A stretch of DNA of 63,565 bases, taken from NCBI RefSeq assembly GCF_001194135.2, contig NC_068982.1, positions 161,370,132 through 161,433,696 on the forward strand, in the 5' to 3' direction. The notes under the pieces are model-generated. The model searched no databases. It saw only the letters and a list, made by a program, of their open reading frames with translations, and was not told the DNA's origin. Origin of the DNA: Octopus bimaculoides. Its lineage: Eukaryota. A program made the translations under genes and the position numbers. Below, piece after piece: positions 1 through 12,861 of the stretch (positions are counted from its first letter, which is position 1; each line of letters opens with the position of its first letter).

Positions 1-351
1 TATGAGCCCTTGCAGCATCCCTTCTGCTCTTCTGGAAACAGGCTGTTATTTTCTAGGTGTTTACTCACTCTCTGCGATATTATTGCAGTAAAGGCTTTGT
101 AGATCGTAGGGAGACAGGTTATAGGTCTATAGTTTTGTGGTTTCTCCGTTTCCGTGGATTTGGGGATTAAGATGGTTTTCCCATTTGTGAGCCATTCAGG
201 CATTGTTTCTGGATCTGCTATTATGTTGTTAAAGTTTTCTGCCAGCTTTTTATGCATTGCTGGCAGGTGTTTTAACCAGAAATTGGGGATCTTGTCGTGT
301 CCAGGTGCTTTCCAGTTGCTTAGTCTTTGCAGTGTCTGGGTGACCTCTTCA
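1..351 (-). mobile_element. Dong/R4-like non-LTR retrotransposon, 5'-truncated RT fragment running off the window start
   Basis: Manual minus-strand translation has no stops: EEVTQTLQRLSNWKAPGHDKIPNFWLKHLPAMHKKLAENFNNIIADPETMPEWLTNGKTILIPKSTETEKPQNYRPITCLPTIYKAFTAIISQRVSKHLENNSLFPEEQKGCCKGS. WKAPG.D...FWLK, PEWL..G.T.LIPK and NYRPITCL are typical of R4/Dong-type RT. Confidence 0.85.
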
Positions 352-358
352 GTTGTTG

Positions 359-389
<31 letters not shown>

Positions 390-390
390 C
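352..390. repeat. (GTT)n(ATT)n microsatellite
   Basis: Read directly. Confidence 0.9.
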
Positions 391-1043
391 ACCATCATTA
401 TTTATAATGGGATTTTTAGCAGTGTATTTTGACTTAGTTTGTGTGTAGTGTACCATAGGGGAAGATGGCTTTGTAGGCACATTTACAAAGCTTTTTAGTA
501 TTGCCAAGCAACAAATAGTTTAATATCTTACCCATTCAAAATTCTGCTATTGCCATTCAATCTCTTAAGTTGATCTAAAAGTTTAGTCTGTATGTTAAGC
601 AACAAATTCCTCAGTTGGTTTATTGCATTGGACTAAAAACTTAAAGATCTGATTTAATAACTTGTAAAAATTTACAAACTGGATTAGATCCAGTCTAAGA
701 ACTTCTGAGATTTTATTTTTTATATATATTATATCAATTAAAAACAATTTTGTTTTGGGATTTTCTGTTTGATTTTAAAAGTGATAGTGTTATAAAATAT
801 TCATTTTAATATATTGTGCAACGTCGGTGATGGCAATTGTGATGTGTATAATTTTGTTAATACCCACTTACACATAGACATATTTATTTTCTGCATATAT
901 GTGTAGAAAGTTTTGAATATCCTTTCTTCTTCTATAAAGTAAATATGAATTTAATGAAATGTCTTTAAGCGTTCTTCTGAAGAGATCTAAAATAGCAGAT
1001 ATATAAAAATGTTAAGGATGGTATAATTAAAGGAAAAATTTAA

Positions 1044-1258
1044 CTCTTTAGCGTTTAAACCAGCCATATCCTGCCCAGATATTCTACCAGTTTTATATTC
1101 AGACTGACTAGATTCGGCTTCTCATACCTACCCTACAATGTCATTTTTAAAATATACATTCACATCACTGAAGTCTCAAAGCTACAAGATAATGCATGAT
1201 TAATTTAAAGCAAAGTGAATAAATAAGCATTAAATTAGACAGTTTGAATGCTAAAGGG
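1044..1258 (-). mobile_element. piggyBac-type MITE, copy 1
   Basis: TTAA (1040-1043) CTCTTTAGCGTT ... AATGCTAAAGGG TTAA (1259-1262); interior is the reverse complement of copies 2, 4 and 5. Confidence 0.75.
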
Positions 1259-1677
1259 TTAAGGTCATTAAAATAAATGCAGAAATAAAAAGAAAAACAT
1301 AATGGACAGAACCCTATAGTGTAGCTGCAGTTTGAATTGCAAGACAGATTGCATTAGTTATGTTCATGTGCAGTTTTGATACATTGGTGAAAGTGAACAA
1401 AACTACAATTATTTATAAATATCAGATGAGAGTGGACTACAATGCATTTTTCCTATCAATTTGTCAAGTTTGTGGTGTGCATCTCAGAACAACAGTCAAG
1501 TCAAACCAAAGCTTCCTAGTGTAAGCTCTTTCTCCACTGTTATACTATTGAGAATAAATGAATGTTAACAAACTATAATCAATAGTCAATCTCAAAACAT
1601 ACAGAACCACATATTAAATTGTTGAGTTTTCTGAAAATTATTGAAAAGGAACCAACCCCAATTTTATTATTATTAAG

Positions 1678-1753
1678 GTAACCAGCTGGCAGAATCATTA
1701 GCTCACCCATTGTTACGTTGTGCCTATAGTAGAAAGGATTATTATTATTATTA
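1678..1753 (+). mobile_element. Internally deleted (ATT)n-tailed SINE directly upstream of a WDR77 acceptor
   Basis: Head GCTGGCAGAATCATTAGC joined to tail TTGTGCCTATAGTAGAAAGG(ATT)n. Confidence 0.6.
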
Positions 1754-1772
1754 TTTTTTTAATATATTTCAG

Positions 1773-1822
1773 TGTCAAAATCTGGGACCTTGAAACACTG
1801 AATACAACCACAACTTATCGAG
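1773..1822 (+). CDS. WDR77: WDR77/MEP50 internal exon (first one in window): (x)VKIWDLETLNTTTTYR
   Basis: ttcAG acceptor at 1771-1772 and GTaggt donor at 1823; 50 nt = 1+48+1. Peptide resembles the MEP50 WD40 segment IKVWDL...SSYRAH (recalled) and splices in frame to 17669. Confidence 0.85.
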
Positions 1823-2431
1823 GTAGGTTTTTCTTTATCTTTTTTTTTTTTTTTTTTTTTCCCCCCCCCTGAATTGCATGGCATTTCTTCCATTGGTGTG
1901 GATAAATTTTGATAGTAAGGAATCTACTTGCTGACTTCTTTTGGTTATTAAACATTTTGCTTGCATCCCTTGTCCTCTTTTCTTTCTATTTCTCTTAAGT
2001 AAAACTTCTCATTCTCAGGAATTATAAAAATAATATTTGAAGCAATGCTGATTGTTCCATTTTTTATATTTCTTTTGTGGTGGTGACTTCTAGATCATTT
2101 CAGAAGAATGAGTTTCAAACTCAGTCCCAGCTGCTTATAAAATTTTCATACAAGTGGTGTTCAGCTGCTGTGATTTACATACTAAACGAGTTAATCTAGA
2201 GGCACAATTCCTTCACAACTGAACCACAGTGTGTGTGTGTGCATACATCATGCATGCATGAGATAGCTTTTTCAATTCAATATTGTTGATAACCTCTGTT
2301 TTTAAAAACAATCATGTCTTACCTATTGCTACTTAACTGCAAAGTGGAAGTGGAATGTATTATTAACTAAATTAAGGCATGATCTGTATAAAACCTTGAC
2401 TAGACCAAATAGCAATGTTTGAACTCGTGAC

Positions 2432-2780
2432 CATCATCATCATCATCGTTTAACGTCTGCTTTCCATGCTAGCATGGGTTGGACGATTTGACTGAGGACT
2501 GGTGAAAACCAGATGGCTACACCAGGCTACAATCTGATTTGGCAGAGTTTCTACAGCTGGATGCCCTTCCTAACGCCAACCACTCAGAGAGTGTAGTGGG
2601 TGCTTTTACGTGCCACCAGCACGAAAGCCAGTGAGGGGGTACTGGCAACGGCCACGCTCAAAATGATGTATTTTACGTGCCACCTGAACAGGAGCCAGTC
2701 CAGCGGGACTGGCGATGAACTCGCTCAAATGTCTTTTCATGTGCCACTGGCACAAGTGCCCAGGAAGGCGACATTGGTGA
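2432..2780 (-). mobile_element. RTE 3' UTR/tail fragment
   Basis: Reverse complement of the 24690-25028 tail: (CAT)n, CGTTTAACGTC, CCATGCTAGCATGGGTTGG, and ~67-bp internal repeats. Confidence 0.8.
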
Positions 2781-3578
2781 ATAATACATTAACTTCACAG
2801 ACACTCTAAAATAAAATTTTTCACCAGTCATCTTGGTTGAGAGACCCATGTCTTCCTAAGTTAATCAACCACGAGTAAATTTATATAATTTCTATAGGGG
2901 AACATGCTTTTCTTTAAGGTCCTTAGCAACACAACTTGGCATGATTCACTATAGGAATTGAAAGTATTTATTAAAATAAAATTTTGTCATCATACTTATT
3001 TATCATTATTTCAATCTCTACTCATTTACACTCTCTCTCTCCATTTCTCTCTAGAGAGGTCTTTATCGCATGTCATCTTGTTTTAGAAAGTGCCTGCCTA
3101 CTTATTCTTTGGTGTAACTCTGCCATAAGTACCTTCTGTTCCAAGTCAGTGATTACCCATGACTTTTGCAGAGCTTCTCTCACTGTTGTAATAATGTTCT
3201 GCTTGAACTTTCATAAGGTGATACTTGTGTGCAGTAGCTAGAATCTGTGCTACCCAGGGTGGTCCTTGAAAAGTGCTATTAAAAAAAAAAATGCCACCCA
3301 CAATATTGTTGTTGTTTTGTAGGTTCAGCACCTATCAGAACAGAAGTATATTATTTCTCTCAAGAGAATGCTTAGTTTTAGGCACTAAAATTTTGGCAAT
3401 CTTATATGTTGTGAAGTATGTAGTGAGATTTTACTTTTAGCTGTGTATTTATCAAGGGCAGGGATGTTTCACTGTAAAACGTCCTTTGATATACTTATCC
3501 CAATCATTCCTTTCTAGTCACTGCCCATATTTCTCTGCATCACAACTTTCAAATACATTTTTATTTTTACTTTCTATC

Positions 3579-3820
3579 ATCACCGTTTAACGTCTGTCTT
3601 CCATGCATGCATAGGTAGGATGGTTGATAGGAGCCAGCCAGATAGAAATCTACCCAAGGATATTGTATCTGTTTTAGCAGGGATTTTACAGCTGGCTGCC
3701 TTTCTTAACACCAACCACTCCACAGAGTGAACTCAGTGCTTTTTTATGTAGCACTAGCACAGGCAAAGTTAGTTTTGGAAAGATTTTTACAGCTGGATTC
3801 CCTTCCAAATACCAATCACT
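3579..3820 (-). mobile_element. RTE-type tail fragment (diverged, internally duplicated)
   Basis: CATCACCGTTTAACGTC ... TTTTACAGCTGG...ACCAACCACT motif occurs twice. Confidence 0.65.
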
Positions 3821-5602
3821 ATATCCTTTTCGTGATCTTGTATCAGTGTTAGGAATCAACACTTACATATAATTGAAGCATAAATTATTGACAGACAGTT
3901 TGTATAAAAGAATTAGAGGAGAGTGTTGTGTGTGTAGCACTTTCAGAATTAATTATATAATCTGAGTTGCAGAATTTATCCGCATACATTGCATCTTAGG
4001 AACAGACTGTTCCGTTGATAGATACATCCTTACTGACACACAAATATTTTATATGGGTTACAAAATAACATTGTCAGAAATAATTGTTGTTTGTCTTTGT
4101 TTTAATGTTTCATTAATCCTCCAGGGTATACAATTTAGCTAATCCATATATTGAGGAAAAACCCAGAGCCACAAACTTACCAGATTTGTTTTAGATTTGC
4201 ATACAGTTGTTCATTATTGTTATTTAATTTGTATATGCCAGTTCTGTTTATGGAATACATCTCTATCTGTATGTATAAATCTACGTATGTTAAGAACAAA
4301 TTGTTATACAAAATAGTAAAAGATAAAAATTAATTATTTATAAATAAAATAGGGGCCAATGGTTAGATTAATTACTTGAGTACCAAACAATATTCCTTGC
4401 AATTAGTTCAATTTTTCTGCATTCTAGTATCAAAGTTAAGTTTGGCTATATTCCTATTGAGGTGGATGAAATAAGTACCAGTTATGTAATGGAGGTTATG
4501 AGGAGAGCCTATATCCTTTTTGTGGTCTTATATCAGTGTTAGAAATCAACACTTATGTATATAATTGAAGCATAAATCATTAAATGACAGACAGTTTGTA
4601 TAAATGCCCAAAAGCAGTACAGGTTGATATTGAGAAAATATGTGGTGGGTCTGTTATTGGTAATAGAAAAGAGTTAAATAGTTCATTTGTACTTAGGCTT
4701 CCATATTTTGGAGTGGAAAGTAGTGTTTTATTTGTTATTTATTTAGTATTTTGGAAATGTTGATATTCTGCCAGTCTGCTAAGAAACATTGTGTATTTTA
4801 CTATTTAGTTCTTATCTCATTTATTACACATTAAGAAAATTCTAGGAGGTGCTGTGTGGGGGAGATATAACTACATGACTGTAGAGAATGAAGATGAATG
4901 TTTGAGATTTTACTGGCATTGGTTCAAATTCCACTGTGATCAACTATGCTTTTTTTGCATCTCCGGGGATCAATAAAACACATGAGTTTCATACGAACTG
5001 ATTTGGTTGAGAGATGTTTGGCACCTTTCTTGCAATGTCTTCTAATTTTTTTTCAGAAAAAGAAAAAAGGAGAAAAAAACTTACATTTTGTATATCCATA
5101 AGTGTTGTTCAGAAAGGACCCTAGAGGAGAATTAGCAAATGCTGTTGCCAGAAATATGGCATAAGTTAATGCAAAAACCTAGTGTTTGAAGTTACAACTT
5201 TTTATTAAATAAATATATTGCCCTTTCTTCTAAAACATCTTCATTCTAACTGAAGAAATCCTTATACATTATTAGTAACAGGAGCAGCAACTGGTATGTT
5301 GTGGCGGTCTTGATGCCTCACCTTTTAGCTATGTTTACATTTTAATTTCCTTTGTTTTGTTACTCTGATACTTCCTCAATTACAACTTGTTAGTTTTGTG
5401 TGTTGTTTAAATCTAGGTCATTCCCCACCCAAACAGACCTAGGGTCAAAGGCATTCTAGCCAAGACCATCCATTCTTTTTGAATATGATTTAAGGGAGGT
5501 TTGGCTACTATTTCTAGCATATCAATGTACATCCCTGTCAACACTGATCTTTATCTTAAATGCATGCTATGTAACTAACTTAAAAATATAACTATGACTG
5601 AC

Positions 5603-5770
5603 ATGTATATATATATATATANNNNNNNNNNNNNNNNNNNNNNNNNNNNNNNNNNNNNNNNNNNNNNNNNNNNNNNNNNNNNNNNNNNNNNNNNNNNNNN
5701 NNNNNNNNNNNNNNNNNNNNNTGTATATATGTATGTATATATGTATGTATATATATATGTATATATATGT
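5603..5770. repeat. (TA)n/(TATG)n microsatellite spanning a 100-N gap (5622-5721)
   Basis: Read directly. Confidence 0.9.
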
Positions 5771-5985
5771 AAAATTGCTTTCTTCTTTATTCTGTTGGTC
5801 ATGTGATATGTAGTTGGTTCTTTACATTTGATCATATGATGAAGCATGTCAAGTGTTCATTGTGTCTGTCTGTGTGAAGACAGACAGTCAGACTAGGGAG
5901 TATATATGTAATCTGTTTTGTAGCTATGTTACTTTATGGTATTATATGTTGAACAGGTCGTGTCACTCTGTTCAGTCCATGTCAT

Positions 5986-5986
<1 letters not shown>

Positions 5987-6023
<37 letters not shown>
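5987..6023. repeat. (CA)n microsatellite
   Basis: Read directly. Confidence 0.9.
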
Positions 6024-6025
<2 letters not shown>

Positions 6026-6306
6026 TAATAGACTAACTTGTGTGTCTTACAGTGTGGACTAGGTGCACTTCATTGTGCTTCTTCAGTTCCAGCATCTTGG
6101 TAATAAAAATACATGGTATCCAACATGTTAAGAGCACCATTTCAATATTTGACCAGAGATATATTTATGACTGTCCTTTTCATTATGAACTTCAAATATG
6201 TGACTATTTACAACTGGCCTTGTATTTCTTACCAGAATGCAATTCTGTTTTAGATGTTTTGTCATCAACACCAATTTAGAAAAATAATACAGAAATTAGT
6301 TTCTGT

Positions 6307-6478
6307 AAAAGCACTCACTACACTCTCGGAGTGGTTGGCGTTAGGAAGGGCATCCAGCTTAGAAACTCTGCCAAATCAGATTGGAGCTTGGTGTAGTCAT
6401 CTGGTTCACCAGTCCTCAGTCAAATCGTCCAACCCATGCTAGCATGGAAAGTGGACGTTAAACGATGATGATGATGAT
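6307..6478 (+). mobile_element. RTE 3' tail fragment (young)
   Basis: GAGTGGTTGGCGTTAGGAAGGGCATCCAGC ... CCAACCCATGCTAGCATGGAAAGTGGACGTTAAAC(GAT)5. Confidence 0.8.
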
Positions 6479-9400
6479 CTATAATAAGGATTCTAAAGCT
6501 GCCAAACCTATACCAATTTGGTAAAAGAGGCTGAAGTTCTGTTGAATGATGATGATAAATGAGATTGTAAAGATATACCAAAATACTGCACCTTTTTGTT
6601 TAAATAATCCAAGACATCAAAAATAATTTTGGTACAATTTGTGTGTGTTGATTTATAAGCCAAGGGATTGTTTGTAATGTCCATGTTGATTACCACCTTC
6701 CATCTAATTACTATTGTAATCATGTTCTCTAGTTGCACTTGTTGGTTGAAGAGAGAAGCACAATGGTTCACCTTAGTCATTATCACTGACTTAGGTGCTT
6801 GCTGGTTCAGCTGTTTAGTTAAACACCAGTAATGAAGAATTAAATAACAGTATATGACAAGGAAATTGAACAAAAACAACTAACAGACTATTATTTTTGT
6901 ATTCTAAACCAATCCTATTGTGTGACCTCATAGCACAAGACCAGGTTTACTAAGTTAATTTTATTCAAACCTCCTCTTCCTCCTCCTCCTTCACTCTCTT
7001 ATTATTTACTAAGCATGTTATTTAACTGAATTCTTCAACTCCCAAGTGTAGTTTTACTTTATAAATATAAATAAAATTGTCTTTAATCACTCTTTGTCCA
7101 CTCCTTACAAATTTAGAATATTTTTATAATTCTGGATGACTTGTAAATTGTAGGACCTTCTTCAATGTCCCGAAGAACATTGAAATGGGTGGTTTTCAAT
7201 ATGAGTTATCAGTTGAGAGAATCAGAGAGAAAATGGCAGGAGAGATTTCAGTGGGAGAACTTTGTGCTGAAACAGGGATCAGTAGAAGAAAATGTTACTG
7301 TAATTGAACTTTTTGATGAATTCTCAGTCTAGCAATATCTATTTAACAAATTATGTAATTTACTTGAAACATTCAATGTTGAAATATAAAAATAGCAAAA
7401 GTCACTCAGAAATGCCTGAACTGAATAAGTTGAAATAAAAAATAAAGCAAAAACATCACAAAAACTGTGATGTCCTAGCTGAAGTAAACAATGTAACAGG
7501 GACGGATAGGCTATGATATGAGAGAGATATAATGTGGCGAGCAAAGCTGTTGAAATCACAGATGCATGCAATGTGGCAATGTTACATGAGCTGTGATATT
7601 GAAATTACAGATACACAATGCAATAGAGATGTGTGGACTGTAATAAATCAATTAATTGACAGATAAGTTCCTTGTAATTGTTATTTTGTGATTGTGATCA
7701 CTTAACAAAAGAACAAAAATTCCTTCCTACACACACAATCTTGATACTTTAGGATTAACTATATGAAAGAATAGCTGAACATATAATTCCATCCTTTAAT
7801 TTCCTCTTTCTCTTAGGGGGAAAAAAAAAAGAAAAAAGGGATATGCTTAAAGGCAAATTGCCCAAAAGAAAAGCTAACAAATGCTTTAGATTATGTTATG
7901 TGTTCTAATGAAATTTCAAAATGTAATGCATTTAACTTAGGAAGTACCACCTACTTGTTATATGAATATTGATGGCTTATAAGTGTTGGAAGGCATCATC
8001 ATAGCAGCTAATGCAGCATTACAGTTTTTTGTCATGATCAATGATAGAAATGTCACTATCTTGCATATTAAAGAAAAAAATGCTTATTAGGTTTCTACAA
8101 CTACAACTTAACAATAATCATGATCTTCTCAGCTGTCAGCATGATTCCTGTGTCATAGGAGGATTGTAAGATTGCTTGCCTGTTTGCAAAATGTAAAAGA
8201 GAAAAGATAAGAGATGATGGGTGGATTGGAAGGAGTAGCTAGTGAGTGACAAAGCCATTTGTGCATGCCCCCCACACAAACACACACACACATGCATGTG
8301 TATGCAGTATCACATGATCAAATGGAAGGAGCAATAGCACTAAAAATCACAATAGGTATATTCCTACCAGACCAGAAAAAAACAAACTTTTTATTAGATT
8401 CCAGCAGTGGACAGTGGCCATGCTTGGGTTCTTCTTTCAAGGGTTTCAGTTTATCAATCCTAGTAATTATTTCATCTTGGTACTTACATTATCAATCTCT
8501 ATCAAGCTACTGAGTTACAACACACAGGAATGCAACATAAACATGTCTGTTTTAACCAGCATAAACATAAACACGCTACACACAAGCCCACATACATATG
8601 ACTGACTTCTGCACAGTTTCCGTCTATCAAATTCCTCTCATAAGGTATTGGTCAGCTTGAGATTACAGGAGAAGCTACATGCCCAAGGTGCTAAGCAGTG
8701 ATCATGTGGTTGTAGAGCAAAGTTTTTAATCACACAGCTATGATGTACTGGAGTACATTGAATTAGAATATCTTCTTTCCTTCTGCAACAATTACTGCTC
8801 CTGAAAATTAGATTACTGGATTAATTCAAGTGTTCTGTTGCTCCACATTACTGTGTGTCTCTGTCTATTTTTATATATTTAGTCAAAAGAAATGAGGTCT
8901 ATCGTCCCTTACATAATCCCCTCTCACTAGTGAGATAGATGTAGTTGTTATTTAGTTGGTAACATTAGGGAAAATTGCAGCTATAGGTAGCAAGGATTGG
9001 ACAAAGTAATTACAGCATTCTGAGTGTGGGGAACACTACAGTTAGATACCCCCAGAGATGTAGATAAGTTATGCAACTAGATAGTTCAAAATATTGGAGT
9101 ATTGTGGTAGAAAATAAACAAGAAACTACATAACTATGAGCTAGAGATTATAGTCCATTTGTGCATCAGTAGCATCAAGTAAGTTATGTGAGAAGTACTC
9201 CATTGTGAATCATGCTTGGAACTTTTGTAGAGAGTTGGTAACTAATCAGACTGAAATATTTTCTGGTTGTGAAGAGGAAACTCTTGTGATGCAGCTTTAG
9301 CTGTGACATAAAGTCCTTTCCATAAAAGATCATCAAAGATTAAGTTGGCATTTGTAATGGCTTTCAAGGTTTTATTTGTTTGTTGTTTATGTGTAGGAAA

Positions 9401-10109
9401 GCTGTAGTGCAAGACTTGTGCAGTGATTGTATCTAAGTTAACTGTTTTACAGAAATGTTAGAGCAGTGAACAAATGCCTTATGGTATTTGTTCCAGTTCG
9501 AATTTTGTTGGAATCTACTTTGCCTTTCATTCATTCTGGTATCAGTAAAATAAAGTATTAGTCAGGCATCATGGTTTGAATTTTAGGGCTCTGTACAAAA
9601 TGCTTTGTAAGTGTTTATTCCAGTTCTTTATGTTCTAAGTTCCCATGAGAATGTGTCAGACTTGTTTATATCATAGCACTACTCATAGAAATGTCTCAGC
9701 ATGTTGTAGGAATATCCGGTGGAGCTCTAGATTTTCCTGGAATATACAAATGAAATGGCCGAGCAGAAGCATTGCTAGATTGTAGTACTCCTGTAGGAGG
9801 ATGTTTCATTAACTCATTATTGACAGCAGTGCAGGTCTATCTATCATAAGATATCTAGGTTACATGTGAATGATACTGGTATGCAGAAGATCAAGTTAAA
9901 GGTTATTGTTTGCATAAGAGAATGCAGTGTTAAAAATAACAGCAAGATGACTAATGTATACAGAAGAAAATGAGAGAAATTAGTAAACCTTGAGCTACAC
10001 TATAGTTAATTATAGGGATTGAAGAGTGTACTATCTATATACACTACAAGAGAGAAGTCTGATGGAATACCTCTCAAGCAAGAAATAGAAAAGATGTAAT
10101 TTCTAGGTT

Positions 10110-10450
10110 TTCATTGTCAGATATGGTCAAAAACTTTGGAAAGTGTTAGTTGGCGTTTAGAGAGGTTGAGCTTCTTACAGTTAGTGCATACTAATATATT
10201 TCAGTAAGTTGTAATAGATTATTGTAGAGATAGTTCCAAACTAGGTCTCCCACTCTGTGGTTTTGAGTGAATACCTATTTTATGAGTAGTGTCCTTTATA
10301 TTGCTGCAGCACAGTTGTCTGAATCACATGCAGGTTTTAGAGTTGTGGGCTTTGGTTGTGAGAGCAATGCCTGGGATGTACCTTGGGGAATGGTTTTTAG
10401 ACACTGATTTAGCTATCACAGATGATGTGGGAGGTGAAAATATTACTGCA
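10110..10450 (+). mobile_element. Possible very old RTE-like RT relic
   Basis: LWF*VNT.. and AMPGMYLGEWFLDTDLAITDDV resemble WF.VNSGVRQG and G...G....TDLDFADDV. Heavily decayed. Confidence 0.3.
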
Positions 10451-12669
10451 TCACAGATATCAATCGACTTGCATGTGCTTGTTATTTCCTTTGTCTTTCC
10501 TACTGAACTCCTTTTCGCTCACAGTCTGTTTTGTTTAACTATAGACTATATTTCACTTAAACACACATAGCCACCCTATTTACAATTGAAGTGTTTGTTT
10601 AGATATGACTTGGATCAAAAGTAGATAACATCAAACTAACACTGCATCTTGTGAATGAGATATTTAATTCTACTTCACCTAATTAAAGATATTTTCAATA
10701 GTGTCACGATCATATTGAATAATGTAATGCACTTTAGGATCATTATGGTATTTACATTTACAGCTTTGTTTAAACAGCCTATGTGTGTATTTAGATATAC
10801 ATGAAAATTGATAAAGATGGAAGCCTAATGAGAATTGACTGCTTACTGTTAGCCCTTTGATGTAATTACTATGATACTATAAACTCTCTTATGTCCACTT
10901 TCATGGTAACACATCTGTACATCTAAATGTGTAATTGCTTTCAACCTTGATACTAATAGCTAAATAATGTGTGAAAACGAAGTTTGTGTATCTGCAGAAA
11001 ACAGTCTGGATAAAACATGTAAAACTATCAAAGCCAGACTGCTTCAAAGTATCCAATAAATGATCTGTGGGTTCAATCTCCACTAAGTTCTGTTATTCAC
11101 TTTTGTGGATAGCATTTTTAAATCTGCACAAAAGCACTAATTAAAAATAATTTACAGTTTAATTCTAGCTTGTCCATTACTAAAAATATAAATTCATTCT
11201 TTATAATCAAATTTGATTGGAAAGTCTTTGTAAAAAAAATATTTGGTTTTGTTGAATTGAATCAGCGATTAAAACTGAACTGTTGGGCATATCTGCATGC
11301 ACGCACACAAAATAACCACATGACCATGAGATGCTGGCATTGTTTTTCTTGTTGGACTTTCAGCAATATCCCTCCATTGGTGGTTGATTCTAGTTCAGCT
11401 TGAAAGAATAGATAAATGAAAGTTAAGATCATAACACACTCTACCTCTCTTCCAAAAATATGGAAAATAAGTGAAAATATTCAGATGGACAGACTTGAAT
11501 GTTCCATAAGAAGTCTGCAGGAAGAGAATGCCATATCACAGCACTTAGTTGCTTTCATTCCTGATTTGTACTTTCATTGTTTTTATTAATTCACAAGAGG
11601 GAAGACTAACTTCAAATTATTATAGAGTAATTAAAATATTTGCTTTTTTTTAATAACTGTTGCTTTATTTCTGAGGAATTTTTGAAGAAAATCCTTAGTC
11701 TCTTATGATTTATTTGCTGCCAAGAACATTTTGACATTTATTTTTATTATTGATGTTTTCTATGAAAATAGCAAGCCATATATAAATTTCATTAAAGCTA
11801 CTAGTGTTTACTATTAAGTTACTTTAATTTCTATGGCATCTGTGATGAAATATTTTGTCTTCTGAAAAGATGTATACAAATATGAAACAATAAGAGAAGT
11901 TCTATGTGATTGGTTTATCTGCTAGAAATAGCAACCAAATTCTGTTTATACCCTACAGTCTTATTTGTAAAAAACATTTTAAAAAAAGATAAGCACATTA
12001 GATAACGTATGCAATGCCTGAAAAAAAGATTTGGTATGGTTAGAATATTCACTCTGAGCAACTAAAATACAATTAACTCTAATCCAAGTTACTTGTATTT
12101 CACATGTTTACTAAAATATAATCTCTTTAAGGATGGTCACTTTAGCAAATGTATATTTGTTGGGTTTTTTTTTTTCTTTTTCATTAAGATGTTGCTCTTT
12201 AACTAAAGAGTAATGCTCTGCCATTGGAGCTTGGGTAGTGACAATGCAAATATTGGGTTTTGCAGCAGATTGCTTTACAGCAAATAGAGACAACCAGTCT
12301 CTTACAGTGGGTTTTATGAAATACTGCTCATTGTGAATGGGACTACACAACTAAAAATAATTTAACTAACACTTCATGTTGTATAGAAAATCATAAAATT
12401 GAGAAAAATTAAATTTGAATGATCAACCCTAAAGATTTTTTTTTTTAATTTTATGTAATTCCTGTACTGTACAAAAAGACACAAAATGTTATATGCAGCC
12501 CAAGTGTTGCAGGTTACTCTTGCCTAATTTACAAAATAAACATATTCCTCTTAAAATATTTAATGGTGCACTTGTCCACAGACAGCTTAAGTTGCCATTC
12601 AACAATCAGTTATATTTTGTCCAGATCAGATTGCAAGTAAGTTCTATAACATTCTTTATACCTCAAGGT

Positions 12670-12857
12670 ATAGCTTGGTGACATGTAAAAAGCTCCCAGC
12701 ATACTTTGTAAAATGGTTGGCATTAGAAAGGACATCCAGCTGTAGAAATCAAGTGAATTCAGACTGGAACTTGGTGCAACTCTTCTTCTGCTTGCTAGCT
12801 CTGGTCCACCATCCAATTCATGCCAGCATGGAAAGCATGTCAAATAATGATGATGAT
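12670..12857 (+). mobile_element. RTE-type tail fragment
   Basis: Same GGTTGGCATTAGAAAGGACATCCAGCTG ... CATGCCAGCATGGAAAG ... (GAT)n motifs. Confidence 0.7.
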
Positions 12858-12861
12858 AACA

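Noticed and set aside
154-432. 92-aa plus-strand hydrophobic ORF with poly-Ile
   Set aside because: Antisense to the Dong/R4 RT; the poly-Ile/Val comes from the microsatellite.
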